This document shows positions 43,992 through 58,990 of a stretch of 64,000 bases of DNA, in pieces. Under the pieces are notes generated by a model. That model was not told where the DNA came from. It did not search any database and saw only the letters and a list, made by a program, of their open reading frames with translations. The stretch is from Eledone cirrhosa (Eukaryota), in the NCBI GenBank assembly GCA_964016885.1, contig OZ024742.1, forward strand, positions 336,536,001-336,600,000, written 5' to 3'. A program made the translations under genes and the position numbers. Positions within the stretch are counted from its first letter, which is position 1; each line of letters starts with the position of its first letter.

Positions 43992-45715
43992 CTTATGTCG
44001 GAACTATCGAAACTGATTTATAAATTTATTGAAACTAATACGTATTGTCATTTTTCACTGTCAACCATCAGACTGGCAGGTCCATGTAAGCTATATTTGA
44101 TCTGAGTACCACAGTCGACACATCCTCCTGTATTATTTTACCGATAATAATAATTATTGCCAATAGTAATTTATAACGTAGACACAAAACATTGTTTTTT
44201 TGAGGGGAAGTTTTCGTCGATTGAATTGATCCCAGTGTGTTACTGCTACTTTATTGTAATGATTCCTTCTAAGATGAATATCTGGTAGCAGAGAACAATC
44301 GGTCAAATTAATCGGTCCTGATTGTTAAAATCCTTGCACCGTATTCCTGCATGCCGTAGGAAGCTACAAGAGGTGTTACCGTCAGGAAGGGTATCTGGCT
44401 TTCAAACAATATCTCAAATTTTCCGTCGAGTCAGCATGGAAAAGCAGATGTAAAAACGATGATGGTTTCGTAGAAAGGAAAAAGGCAAACTTGATTCGCA
44501 TTTGAATTTAAATTCAAAAGATAAAGTGATACTGGAAGACAATTTGTCCAACACCCCACCGATTTTGTTATCAACAGCCCTGTAATACTACTTAATAAGG
44601 GTTTCTAGCATCGGCACAAGGTCACAAAATTTGGAGAAGAGAAATAGTACCTACGTTAACCACCGCCATATTTTTTCGAACATCGCTATACTACAATATA
44701 ATAATACCCTACGTGTGTTTGTATATCTATTTACATTTATCTAAACTCTTTAAAATTTACGCACAGAAACATACAATGCTTTTTTTCATCTCAGTCATGT
44801 TGCTACAATTAAGAAGTTCGCTTTCAAATCACAAGATCCTGGATTCTAATCTTACATACGTCCCTGTAAATAGTTATTTCTCCAAAGTTACCAATACATT
44901 TAATATTGTATGTCATCTGTTCCTATATTCTGAACCTTTATGTAACTATATCCTAGAAATAAATTATTAAAATATCATTTTTATCTTTAATTACTTCCAT
45001 GTGTCAATAACCAACATGAACTATCAGGTTTCTTTTATACAAACCATTAATGTATCAAAGCGCATATTTCCCTGTTTTGTATGATTGTTTATATATCCAG
45101 CAATCCTGGTATATATGACATACCAAGCCTGAACTTCAAAAATTAAATAAGATCAACGCTACTGCCATCATCATTAACAACTCCAATATTTCTTCTAATA
45201 CTTTTCGCTGTATCGTTATATTTTTACATGTCTGTCGATGTTACAAGACGTTTATGCTGTTATTACTTCATTCTGAATTCAAATAACTGAGGTTACCTTG
45301 CAGGGTCTATAAAGTAAGTACCAATGAAATACTTGTGGTCTTGTGCCTGATTATGCCTTTCGAAGCAGGTGGAAAGCAACCAGGAGAGAGCATTTTAATG
45401 CCCTGAATTGGACAGAGTAATTCAGGGTTTTGACTGGAGTTTTCCCTGGAATTAGCCAAAAGTGGAACCATCCCTCCTCTTTATTGAGTGGTTGACAGTT
45501 GTCATTGTTATCATTAATACTTCTAAATTTCTATTATTGTTATACCTACTGTTTTCTACGTGGTGATGCTCATTTTTGTTACTCGATGTAAAACCCATTT
45601 TCTGTTGTTTTGTCCTTGTATTTTCCCCAATGCCTTAGGCCTTTCTGGACAATAAAAAATCCTTATTAATATTATTAGAAACCATTATTATTGTTATTAC
45701 TATTGTTATTATTAA

Positions 45716-45910
45716 GGGCGGTGAATTGGCAGTATCGGTAGAGGGTCGGGCGCCATGCTTTGCAGCCCAGTTACGTCCCTTTACGGACTGAGTTCAAATC
45801 CCGCCGAGGTTAACTTTGCCTTTCATCCTTACGGGGTCGATAAAATAAAGTACCAGTAATACACTGGAATAATTGCTGGCCTTGTGCCAAAAGTAGAAAC
45901 AATTATTATT
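45716..45910 (+). mobile_element. tRNA-derived SINE
   Basis: Full-length copy in ATT-rich context. Confidence 0.9.
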
Positions 45911-46386
45911 GTTATTACTAACGTTGTCTAAGACGGATTCGGCTCTCAGGTGAATCGATTGCGAAGATCACCCCGCCACTTTCCTTTGGCCGGGGAAAGT
46001 AGCCAGTTTTGTTGGCGTAGTGGTTATGTTGGTGAAAGAGGTTGTGTTAGACATGATTAAAATGGTTGAAGTTTCACTTGAAAAGGAAATTGAGGGTGGA
46101 GAGTAAAGTGCTGCAATCACCAACCTTCTCAGTATATTTGTTAAAAGTGTGTGAATGGCTCGAATGAATGGACATACTCAGAGTATGCACATGTAGGCTG
46201 GTGACTTCGGAGGGAAGAGGAGCACTTTCCTATGCTGCTCGTGGTGATCGGAGCGATTTGGGATATATCGATTTCTTTAATTACTCACGGAAGGTGCTCC
46301 GCTTACTGGTGAATTATTTTATAATTAATTTATTGCTATTTCTTACCTGCTTTTTCTATTTACTCGAATTATGTAAATCCCCAATG

Positions 46387-46433
<47 letters not shown>

Positions 46434-46709
46434 TATAACGGCATGTGGTTGACGGCTCAGAGAAAAGTGTACTCAATATTGAAGTAGAGTTTTAATATTC
46501 ATTATTATTCTTGCCGAGGTTGACTTTGCCTTTCATCCTTACGGGGTCGATAAAATAAAGTACCAGTAATGCACTGGGTATTTGCTGGCCTTGTGCCTAA
46601 AGTAGAAACAATTATTATTCTTTGCCTGTCATCCTTACGGGTTCGATAAAATAAAGTACCAGTAATGTACTGGGATAATTGCTGGCCTTGTGCCAAAAGT
46701 AGAAACAAT

Positions 46710-46840
46710 TATTATTAAGGCTAAAAAGTAAGTCTTCTTAATCAGGCGTTTCACGTGTTTATCACGGGATCATCTGATGACCCTGTGGTAAACAGGTGAA
46801 ACCCCTGAGTAAGAAGACTTACTTTTTAGCCTTAATAATA
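46710..46840. repeat. Imperfect fold-back whose turn lies at a hammerhead core
   Basis: Centre TCATCTGATGA; right arm CTGATGA-C-CCTGT-GGTAA-ACAGG-T-GAAA-CCCCTGAG-TA. Confidence 0.65.
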
Positions 46841-46845
46841 AAGAT

Positions 46846-46891
<46 letters not shown>

Positions 46892-46892
<1 letters not shown>

Positions 46893-46987
46893 AGGGTATC
46901 CACCAAAAGTGTGTACAGACTTTGATTAGCTGTATATGCAATATTTATTAGAACGCTGTTGAAGTGTGCATACAATTTTGGGGACAC

Positions 46988-46991
<4 letters not shown>
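46892..46991. mobile_element. Tc1/mariner-type MITE
   Basis: Imperfect TIRs CAGGGTATCC..AAAAGTGTGTACA.ACTT and AAGTGTGCATACAATTTTGGGGACACTCTG, flanked by TA. Confidence 0.7.
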
Positions 46992-47078
<87 letters not shown>

Positions 47079-47425
47079 TCAACCTGTACACCACGAAGGC
47101 TATTTTTCTCTCTTCTCACATGGCCATCGTTCGTGTCAGGTCTTTTTTCTAAAACGCTCATATATTCACCTAGCTTATGCTAAACAGAATAATTTTGAAG
47201 CTTGTTTCTTTCCCCTACGGTTAGCTATACTCTTTGTTGTTCTCCTGTCTCACTCGCTTTACGCGTTTCAATTGTCCTAATAACTTATTTTGGTTATTAT
47301 TGCACCGACGTGAGGTATATGATTTTTAATGCAATGAAATATCTATGATCGTCGGCAAATCACTGATGAGGGACTCATTTTATTACATGTTATCCATGTG
47401 CTACCTGCAGTATTTTTCTCTATAT

Positions 47426-47462
<37 letters not shown>

Positions 47463-47464
<2 letters not shown>

Positions 47465-47600
47465 CAAAGGAATTGTGGTAAGGAACCAGATGGACCATAA
47501 CGCACCAGAGTACTTAATACTTAGCGTAGTAGAGTGGAAAATAGGAAAAAGTATGACCCCGACAGCAGAGCTCAAGCCGTCGGGATCATACTTTTTCCTA
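47463..47600 (-). mobile_element. ~140-bp hairpin-headed micro-element in (TA)n
   Basis: Hairpin 47540-47601 (ATAGGAAAAAGTATGA...TCATACTTTTTCCTAT); homologous to 43244-43403. Confidence 0.65.
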
Positions 47601-48141
47601 TATATATATATATATATATACGTTTATATGTATATATATGTATGTATATATGCATATATATATGTACGTGTGTGTGTGTGTGTTTCCGTACGTGTCTATG
47701 TCCCAAATGTTAGGGATTAGACAAAAACTGATCAATAAAAAAAACAAGAATGTTCAACTCTTACAGATATGTAAATGACGCCATCATTAGGAGATTTCAA
47801 AAATATTAACTCGTTTCCCTTAATTAAATGAGACCTTTAGACATAATTAGGCGGCGAATTAGCAGAATAACTAGGGCGTCGGATTAATTGCTTCGGTATT
47901 TGTTCCGGCTCTCTACGCTCTGAGTTCAAATATCAATAAGGTCAACTTTACCTTTCATCCTTTCGGGGTCGATAAACAAATTTCAAATCCAGGATCGGTG
48001 GATTGACAGAATTATTCAAGAGTCGGGCAAATTGCTTTGTGGTGTCTATTCTGGCTCTTTGCATTCTGGGGTCAAATTTTGTCACTGGAAAAGCGGTGAC
48101 ACTTCTATCATCAGTTATGCCCCGCTAATATTATCAGCAAT

Positions 48142-48330
48142 GGGCGGTGAATTGGCAGTATCGGTAGAGAGTCGGACACCATGCTTTGACGCATAGAGTT
48201 ACGGCCCTTGCCATTCTAAGTTCAAATCCCGCCGAGGTTAACTTTGCCTTTCATCCTTACGGGGTCGATAAAATAAAGTACCAGTAATGTACTGGTTAAT
48301 TGCTGGCCTTGTGCCAATAGTAGAAACAAT
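48142..48330 (+). mobile_element. tRNA-derived SINE
   Basis: TSD ATTATCAGCAA. Confidence 0.9.
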
Positions 48331-49369
48331 TATCAGCAAGGAAAATACCAACGGAAAGATTGTTTCATTTATGCTGTCTAATGATCGGCACCTTTCTTTT
48401 CCTAGAAATATTTAATTATAATTCTTAAAACTTATGCAATCTTTAAATATAGCTACATTCTATTTCCCTGTCATAGCTAATATAAACCTCATATATAATA
48501 CAAATCAATGAAAATTAAAATAATTACATTAATGCTAAATTGTTTTCTCATGGCATATTTAGATATGAAAAAAAGGTTGTTTTTTTATTGTTTTTCGAAT
48601 ACAAATCGAATTTGTTAAATTATATTTCGAATCGATTTTACGGTTTCAACTATAATATACATGCCGAACATGTAAGCAAGTGCTTATAAAAGCCTTTGGT
48701 CATTTACTTCTTCCTTGCTTCTCTCAACATTGCACATCTACATGTCATTTATTTACATTCTCTTGACAAAAGATGAGCTGAGAAAATTTATCAATAAAAG
48801 CAATGTGAGGTATGGGAATGGCCTTCCGTCGATTCCGACGATAAATGTTCAAAGTCTTCGATCACATTGAGATGTAAGTGGCAGAACATTCGACAGACAA
48901 CATCGGTATCAATATTGTAAGTCTTAGTGAGATTCATGGTGACATTATGTGTGACAAGGCTAACACTTTGAGTTACAGGTACCGTCCATCCAACGGATTT
49001 CCAAACAGTTTTTGTCTACCCAATTTCACTCAGAAAGTTTTGGTCACCTCGTGGCTATGATAAATGAGACTTGCAAATGATGTCACATAGTGGGATCGAA
49101 CCCGGGACCTAATGATTGCAAAGTGAACTTCTTCACCAATCAGCCATGCTGTATCAACAGAGCGAGGTATATGTTCTAATGAAGAACGCTCTGTAAAGCC
49201 CATAGAACTCTCTACACCTAAATTCTGTTCTGTACACATTAAACCAGGGTTGTTTTGCGTGGTCAATATCAACCCAGGTGTCAATGGGACTAACTAGGTG
49301 GTGGGGGGGGGGTCGATTTAACTTTCCGGCCGAAACCAGACATATGTATAATAAATGAATATACATAAA

Positions 49370-49560
49370 ATAATTGTTTCTACTTTTGGCACAAGGCCAG
49401 CAATTTGAAGGGGTGGGGGAAAGTCGATTAAATCGATCTCTGTGCGTTACGGGTAGTTTGTATTTTGTAGAACTTATACAGATGAAAGTAAAAGCTTACC
49501 TTGGTGGGATTTGAACTCAGAGTATAAAGGGCTGTAACTATATGCCGAAAAGCATGTTGT
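49370..49560 (-). mobile_element. Diverged tRNA-derived SINE
   Basis: Family 3' end and B box recognisable. Confidence 0.7.
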
Positions 49561-50692
49561 CGCAGGCAATAACATACAATACACATCTGATTTATACAAG
49601 TTGTCTCAATAGTCCCTATCTATTTTGTATAAATGCGCCAAAATAGATAACTTTTGATACACCATGTGTAGTAGCCATTGTTGTCTATTTTATATTCGGT
49701 AATGATTTATTTATTAAGTTTGTACACGCCTCGTGTTGATGGTGGTGTGTCAAGAATTCAATGAAGGGATTGATTATCTAATTGGTTTGCGTGTCTTTGT
49801 GTTAGACTGTCGGTAGCCAAGACATAGTTCAGAAAAAACTTCAGTTGATGCATATTCTTGTGAGTTTCTTAAATATGTCTTATATCAGTCTGACAACGAA
49901 GAAAGTTCTAACAGAAATGTGAAAGTTTACCAGGAGAGAAAACTTCTGATGGTAAAGCTATCTCTACTGAAAGTCCAGTACAAAGAATAGCTAGCAATTT
50001 ATATAACTTTATCAGGAGAGTAAAGAACAGCAGAATTACTCCAGCAGGAAAGAAAAGTATAACAGACATTGCAGTGAAAGCTTGAACAGTCGACCCGTAT
50101 CTTACGCGGCTTTAAATAGTGCCGTTTTAAAAATACGCAGCCGGAAAGCATCTTTTTTTTATTTAAGTCAAAAATCCTGTAAAACCTCTAAAATTCTATA
50201 CCACTCAAAACCACAATACCTAATGTGAGACGAAACTCTAGCTCCTGCCGTCATCATTCTTTTCGTGAGTTTTCTCCCCCTCCAAACGTTACGTTTTCTT
50301 CTATACATGGACGAAGCACATTTATATAAGGATCTTGAACATACGTGGGAGGGGAAACGTATTGTAGTTGCAAAATTATCTCTACTGTAGCAGAATCATT
50401 AGATCATCAGGCAAAGGGGCTTGGAAGATTTGTTCCAACTCTTTCGGCTCTAAATTGAAATTGCACCAATGGTAAGTTATCTTTCAGTCTTCCGGAATCG
50501 ATGGATCGATAAAATAAAGGATCACCAGTCAAGTAGAGGGGTAGATACAAACTATTGTTCCTTTTCACCAAACTTCTGGTCTTGTGGCTATGCCAGAAAT
50601 TATGATTTTCCTTTTCATTAGGTGAGTCGTTTAATAAATTAAAATATTTTTTTGGCTTACTAGATTATTTATGTGTCACTTCCCCCATCCTA

Positions 50693-50781
<89 letters not shown>

Positions 50782-50901
50782 AACTATATATTCTTAGTGC
50801 AGTAGGCATACCTGGGAAATGTTATGTCATGATAAATTGCCTAATCGGTGTATTTGTTGTTCATTAAACTCCTCTGCATTCTCTCAGTTACTGTAACCGG
50901 A

Positions 50902-51125
50902 AGCGGTGGATTGGCAAATTCGGTAAAGGGTTGGAGAACATGCTTTACGGAACTTATGCTTTATGGCTCTTTACGTTCTGAGTTCAAATCCCGCCGAGAT
51001 CAGCTTTTTTTTTTGCCTTTCATCGATAAAATAAAACCCTAGTCACATATTGGGTGAGAGTTGATATAATCGAATTTTTGCAACTCACAAAGTTGCTGGC
51101 TTTGTATCTAAATATGAAATCATTA
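50902..51125 (+). mobile_element. Diverged tRNA-derived SINE
   Basis: GCGGTGGATTGGC...GTTCAAATCCCGCCGAG... Confidence 0.7.
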
Positions 51126-52760
51126 TTGGGCTAGTGTTTGATGGTTCTGGGGTCGATTTAATCAACTTTATCATGTCCCAACATTATCTGGTAAGCATTG
51201 GTAAAGCTATGTTTCGCTGAGGAAGTTTAATAAGATCGAAATATGTGCAGAGTTGTCACAGTACTTACGAAAGAAGAAACTCACGCCACACTACATGCAT
51301 CCATTCAATTTTGAATCAATTTAGATTTTAAAGTTGTCTCTCTTTCCGTTCTTAACACGAATTATCATTAACGTTAATGAGTTTATCTATTAAATACGAG
51401 TGTAATTTGAATTGACAAACATTTGCTGGAACGAAGAGCTCATTACATTATATTAGCCCATACTTCTTTATACATCGTGGAAGCAAGCGAGATTAAATCG
51501 TTAAGAAGTCCACTTCACAATCGTGAGGTTCTGATGTTTGATTCGACTGCAAGCCATCTTAGGAAAGTTCTTTTGCTATAGTATTGTGACGATCCAAGTT
51601 TTCTGAGTGAAATTGCAAAGACGGAAACCAGATGGAAGTTCGTCCGATGGATTGTACCTCCAATTCAAAGGTCCAGATTTATCACATATTCTTTCATGCC
51701 GATTTAGTCAAGGATACATGTGTCTATGGAATACTCAAACACTTATTCTATACGAAATGTTTTTTATCTGTAATTCATAGGTCCAGCATTATCACATATT
51801 CTGCCACGCTGATTCAGCCTGAGAATTAGGTAGCTATCAATTACGCCTTAATTCACGAGCTGGAGATCCAACTGATCGAACAACTGAATGAATTCTTCTT
51901 CACCCACTTATTCCTGAAAGTAATGTCAGAAGCAACCACCTCCAACCGATCCGGCGAGAGCAGCCAAGCTCATCCAATCATCTTGCTCGGAGTCGATCCC
52001 TGGGTCCCCTGCCGACTGGTTTTGCCCGTAAGATCTGTCCAGTGATTCTTTCCTGAGACACTCTAACCACATGTCTGTAGTATCGGAGCTGAATGTTCAG
52101 TTTCAGATCTGACTGATAATCCCTCCTCTACTATATCTATCCATCCATGAGCTCTGGACTCCTGATGGAGTCGTTTGAGTGGTGTCATGATTAGTTTCCT
52201 TCAGAGAAAGAGAGAGAGAGAGTGAGGGGGGGGGTAGAGAAATAGAGATAGATGCACGATCGACCCCTTTACTTGACTGATATTTTATTTACCTACCTCG
52301 AAAGGATGAAAGTGAGACTTGATCTCAGCAGGATTTTAACTCTGGGCGCGGACAGCTGGAATGGATACTGCGAAGCATCTATTCTCTCAGACATTCTTAC
52401 GACTCTAAATGTTCCCCTTTCTATCAACTATATATCACTGCAGGAAAGGTTTAACAAGGTATTTTTGCAGTCTAACAGGGAAGGTTATAATAGTAATGGA
52501 GAGTATGCGTGGGAGGTGGAAAATATTGTTGTTCCATTACAATATTTCTCTCTTTCTCTCTCGTTTTCTCTATCAGACATATTTTAGTAGTGTATGTGTG
52601 TATAGGTATCGGTGTGTGGTCATGTGAGTGTGTGTGTGTTTTTGTTTGTGTGTGGAGGTTTGGGTGCGAGCGTGATTGAGAGAAAGCGGGTGTGTGGCGA
52701 AAGATCGTACGTGGTGAATGTGTGAAGGTGTGTGCGAGAGAAAGAAAGATAGAGAGCGAA

Positions 52761-52846
<86 letters not shown>

Positions 52847-52996
52847 CATAGAGAGAGAGTATGTGTGTGTGTATGCGAAAGAAAGAAAGAGAGAGCGAAA
52901 GAGAGAGGGGGGGGAAACGAAAGAGAGAGAGAGAGTGAGTATGTGTGTGTATGTGAGAGAAAGAAAGAGAGAGTGAAAGAGAGAGCGAGAGAGGGC

Positions 52997-53065
<69 letters not shown>

Positions 53066-53549
53066 TGTATGTGTGTGTGTATGTGTGTGCGTGTATGCGT
53101 GTGTGTGAGTGAGTGTGTGTGAGAACATAACATCTGAAAGAATCCATCATGGCGAAGTATATGTCAGCTTGACGAATGAAGTGAAATAATTGTTTAACCC
53201 TAATGGATGTTTCATTCGAATAATGGAGCTATGTATTATATAATTAATTACGTCTCTGGTGTAAACTAACTCGCCACCACGTCACCACACCTCTAGTCAG
53301 CCTCGACAATCGCCACCATGCCAAAACCCCACCACCTCACCTCACCAACATACCACCACACCATCATGCCACATCACTATCTCACCACCTCATTACATTA
53401 CCATCGTACCACTCCACCACCACTTCACCATGTCACATACATATCACGCCCCCATCTTTCTCTAGATCTCATTATATTATTTTTGAAAATATTTCGCTCT
53501 CGGTCTCTTTTCTATATTTCTTCACTATCTCTTACCATCTCTCTCTCTG

Positions 53550-53778
<229 letters not shown>

Positions 53779-54857
53779 GTATATATATATGTATATATAT
53801 GTATATATACATATATGTATATATATGTGTGTGTGTATGTATGTGTATGTACATATATATATGTGTATGTATATGTATATGTACATATATATATACATAC
53901 ATGCATACATACATATATGTATATATATATAAATATACACTGTATATATGTGTGTGTGTGTATATATATATATACATGCATGTATATATATATACAGAGA
54001 GAGAGATATTACCTCCTATAATATCTTATCTTTCCTGCTTTTCTCTTCTCGTACAAATCATTGTCTTTTCTTTTCCCGTCGCCTTACTCTATTTGTCTCT
54101 CTTTACAATATCACCATTGCTTGTAATTTCAATATAAATTTACCAATAACATTAGTTACGGCCGGCGAGTTTGTTATATTACCCAGAAATCTTCATATTT
54201 AAAACAATATTTTGAAAGAAAAACTGTTCTCAACGAAAACGGATTTCCATAATTCAATTTAATTTCAATATCTATAGCCGCCAGTTTCTATGTATATCAT
54301 GAATATCTATTACAGACGTTGAAGTGACAGATTTGTTAGTACTTCGAATAGAATACTTTGCTGTATATGTTTGTTCTGGTTCTTTGTGCTTTGAGTTCGA
54401 ATTCTGCTGAGGTCAACTTTACCTTTCATCATTTCGAGATTGATAAATAAAGTAGATCAGAATTGGAATTGATTCTTCCTCTATATTTCTATCTTACTTC
54501 TATCTAACTCTATTTATCTGGGGAAAATAGGCCATGTCTCCGACCTAGAGAGGTGTGAGTTCCGCCATGTTTAAAATGCACCTCTACGACTCCAGTAATA
54601 GGTTAAGAGTCCGTGACATAGCTGTCTATCTCAGAACTATACGCTGATCCTAACGTTATATCAACTTTAATCTTTCTTAAACCTTCTGATCTGGCAGCTA
54701 TTCATTTCATCTATGTCCATATTTCAGTCAATTCCTTCCTCGTGAACAACATTTTAAATGTTTGTTCGAGTGTAAGACGTCTCTGCTTTATACAAGACTA
54801 ATAGTAATACGAAGTTTTGTCTATTTCTCATAAGTGCACACATAATTGTGTGGGAAA

Positions 54858-55156
54858 GGATAAATAAGGAAGTCGGATGAAACAAAAAGTGTTTTTATCT
54901 TAATTTATTTATGTCCTGATATTTCGAGATTAAAATCTCTTCATCCGATGAAAATAAAAGATACTAATGCGGTGTCCGGTGCGGTACGCTATATATCATA
55001 CTTTATACCCTTTTATTTTCCTCGGAAGAAGAGATTTTAATCTCGAAATATCAGGACATATAAATAAATTAAGGTAAAAACACTTCTTGTTTCATCCGAC
55101 TTGTTTATTTATTCATTCGTCCATTTCACATTGTCGTGGCTTACAAACTTCTAATT

Positions 55157-55160
<4 letters not shown>
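54858..55160. mobile_element. Older fold-back with a hammerhead-like motif in each arm
   Basis: Arms 54858-54960 and 55010-55112; TCCT-CGGAAGA-A-GAGATT-TT-AATCTC-GAAA-TA-TC-AGGA; tail runs into (TA)n. Confidence 0.6.
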
Positions 55161-55190
<30 letters not shown>

Positions 55191-55196
55191 AATTAC

Positions 55197-55238
<42 letters not shown>

Positions 55239-55831
55239 GGGGAGGTAGATACACACACACACATACATACCTATACTTTTTTGGCACACACACACACATA
55301 CACACACACACACACACCTTTGAGTGCGCGTGCGTGTGGGGGTAGTGACTTTCCTTACCACATACACAACGATATACACAATAAAATCAAAACTAGGACC
55401 AAACTCGAACGATAACTTGTGCGTTGATGCAAACTCACATCATTTCCGGGGTATATTTTTATACTGTCTGTAACTAACGGCTGTGAATTTTTTCTCCCCA
55501 TTTCTTCCTAGCTAAATCGTCGCACACTCATCCTATCTTGTTATAATTGCATTTTGCTTTTAGTTTGGGGCAGCCTTAGATTAGTTTGTACTTCAATCTA
55601 GTCGAAAAATCTCATTGTATCATATTCTACCGTGTGTTGCCATCTTGTCTCGTTGTGTTGCAACCGCGTGGTGATCGGCAACGAACAGAAGATAATATAA
55701 AGGAATTTGTCTGTTTGGCTACGTTTTCTCACTGTCTTGATCTAAGTTACATGAGCTCCGATTTTGAATTATAACAGCACATTAAATATTGTCACTACAA
55801 TAAAACATTACTAATTACTTAGGTTATAGGA

Positions 55832-56340
55832 CTAGCAAGGGCAAACCTTTTAGAACAGTGGGCCGCATAGGAGGTGACTCGTCATAAAACGAGCCGCAAA
55901 ACTAAATAATTCAAGGTAGTTTTGAAATTAGGCGTGCCATTCAGAAAGCCAAATGAGTTGCGTATGGCACGCAGATCACAGTTTGCCCATGACTGATTTA
56001 GACGACACTCGACGCCGGCGCTGCCGCTAAAATTAGTTTTACCTATAACTATCTAGTCAGGGGTCGGCAACCTACGGCCCGCCAGAACTAGTGTTCAATG
56101 AGTTGTTTATTTAAAATTTAAATTTATTGTAATATGAGAGACGAGACTTTCGAATACAATAAAAGGCCTACTGTTACAACTTTGGCATTTATTGTGGATA
56201 TTGTGACTCATTTAGATAACTTAAATTTACAACTTTAAGGTAAAACTCAGCTCGTAAATGAAATGTATAACCATATTCTTGCCTTTGAAAATAAGCTACA
56301 TCAACTTCGAAATAAAAATCATGGGCATTTCCCATTATTT
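55832..56340 (+). mobile_element. hAT (Charlie/Buster/SPIN-like) remnants
   Basis: TIR-like CAGGGGTCGGCAACCT at 56058; peptide LAFIVDIVTHLDNLNLQL*GKTQLVNEMYNHILAFENKL; adjacent MITE-like GGGCAAAC...GTTTGCCC. Confidence 0.75.
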
Positions 56341-56819
56341 TAAGGAAGGAAACCACAGATTGACCATCTAGATTCTAGATGGTCAAACCAATCTCTTTCC
56401 ATTTCATCCTCGCCTTGCATTGATTTTAACTTTTGAAAAGGTCACCCTCCTCTTTTTTTCCCTCGTTAGTGACTGGTATCGTCACAGAATCCCACTTTGC
56501 AAGTCCCTCTTCCCACCTATTACTTAAACTATAACCACGCCCCCGAAGATATAGATTTATTCAAACAAATTAATTCAAACAGACAAGTTTTCTGGTAGAG
56601 ATATACTATCTCTTTTAATTGAGATAGGGAGAGGGAGAACAGGAAGAGATCATAATTATTACCCTCAACTGGCTCTGTCACCAGATTCTCTTGACATCAT
56701 TTTTCGACACAGTAGCAGTTCCTTCCTAATTCTAAGTATCTCCACATATCGGCCATCACATAGCAAACACACAACCACCCAAGTACACACAGACGCAGAA
56801 ATACACAAGGACACACAAA

Positions 56820-57005
56820 TAATTGTTTCTACTTTAGGCACAAGGCCAGCAATTACCCAGTGCATTACTGGTACTTTATTTTATCGACCCCGTAAGGATG
56901 AAAGGCAAAGTCAACCTCGGCGGGATTTGAACTCAGATCCTAAAGGGACGTAACTATGCTGGAAAGCATGGCGTCCGACGATCTACCGATACTGCCAATC
57001 CACCC
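56820..57005 (-). mobile_element. tRNA-derived SINE
   Basis: TSD CACACAAATAAT. Confidence 0.9.
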
Positions 57006-57297
57006 ACACAAATAATAGGATGGAATAATATATAAATCAAAGAGCCAGGAGGGCGTCTGTGCACGTGGACATAGACATCACGACATTTCCTTCGCGACTA
57101 TGAGACTATTGACCAAAGACCCCCTACCCCAAAGGTTCATTCTGTAATCTGTCCCGTTCCTCCTCCAACTACATATTCCCGCACCTGATGAAACAGTGCT
57201 GAATATAGAAAAAGAAAATATGGTCATACTAGTCTAACTGGTAACTCCCAATCTCACCCTCTCTCTCTCTTTCTCTCTCTCTCTCTATCTCTCTGTA

Positions 57298-57372
<75 letters not shown>

Positions 57373-57377
<5 letters not shown>

Positions 57378-58083
57378 AGAATGAAACGAAATTTCATTTC
57401 TCACTCTTAGTACGGCACTTACTTAAATGTAAGTATGTATGTATACGTACATACATATATGTATACAGACGTACAGTAGCATGTATACATATACATACAG
57501 GCACACATATATATATATGCACGTATCAGTTTACCGAACATTTATTATAATGCTCGGTTTGTTCGTTTGTAAACAAACAAACAGCCTGAATTACGCCGTA
57601 CAGTGTTTAGGCAACCACGTCACCTTTTTGTTCAACACTGACACAGGAACGATGTACTAGTTTCAAGCTTATTAGCTATCGTCAGCACCGTATACCTTTC
57701 TGCCAGATGGTTGAACGTCCGAAAGTATATACTTTCCTTATGAAAATTAACGGCTGAGCAGCCGAATTGGCATATCGAGTGAGTTCAGTCGGCCAGGCGC
57801 ACCGAAAACGATAAATGGAATATATATACTGTACGTCTGTATACATATATGTATGTACGTATACATACATACTTACATTTAAGTAAGTGCCGTACTAAGA
57901 GTGAGAAATGAACAAACGAGCAACGATGGTTGCTGGACACTACGGCTTAATACGGGATGTTTGTTTACAAACACACCTAGCATTATAATAAATGTTCGGT
58001 GAATTCATACGTACGTGTATGTATATATATATATACATGCTACTGTACGTCTGTATACATATAGGTATGTACGTGTACATACT

Positions 58084-58086
<3 letters not shown>
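57373..58086. mobile_element. Three-segment PLE-type fold-back in (TA)n; hammerhead at 57649-57691 (minus)
   Basis: Same family as 28650-29235; ACGGTG-CTGACGA-TAGCTAATAAGCTT-GAAA-CTAG-TA-CATCGT. Confidence 0.8.
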
Positions 58087-58182
<96 letters not shown>

Positions 58183-58361
58183 CTGAGTAGTTAGAGAATT
58201 AGATTCGCAACCTTGAGGTTCTGAGTTCGATTTCCGGACCGGACGATGCGTTATGTCCTTGGGGAAGATACTTTATTTCACGTTGCTCCTTCTACCTGGA
58301 GTTGCGACCGATATAAAGTATTAGCAATTAGCGATGGAAACATTGTTTTCGACTATCGATA

Positions 58362-58411
<50 letters not shown>

Positions 58412-58504
58412 GTTCAAGAGTAACCAATCTTAAAGAGAGAGATTGAGATAGTAGAGGAGATATGAGAGGAAAGATTGGTGAGTTAGTTAGAAGCCAAAGC
58501 GTAA

Positions 58505-58613
<109 letters not shown>

Positions 58614-58702
58614 GCTGGAAGGTTAGTAAAATCTAAGTTTTGGTGGTGGCCAAGCTAACGAGATACAATTAGGTTTGTGCCACAAAGCACTCAATAAGGG
58701 TG

Positions 58703-58733
<31 letters not shown>

Positions 58734-58990
58734 ATACATATATATATATGTGTGTGTGAGTGCGTATGCATGTTTGTGTGTATGCATGTATGTTCTGGTT
58801 TTATAATTTTATAATTTTTTTACCAATAGAGTCGGTTTCTAACATAGATACAAGACTCTCTCATTGGAATTTACACATCAACTAGGTAGATATGTATGTG
58901 TATCTACATGCATGCATGCGTGTGCAGGTATGGATGTTAATGTATGTGTTCATGTGCATATGCTTTGTATCTGTACATGTGTATATGCAG

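Noticed and set aside
45716-45810. tRNA gene (A and B boxes)
   Set aside because: No cloverleaf; this is the SINE head
47365-47420. CTGATGA motifs at 47363 and 57185, and CCGATGA at 30580 (minus) and 36205 (minus)
   Set aside because: GAAA or paired stems are missing; at best decayed hammerheads
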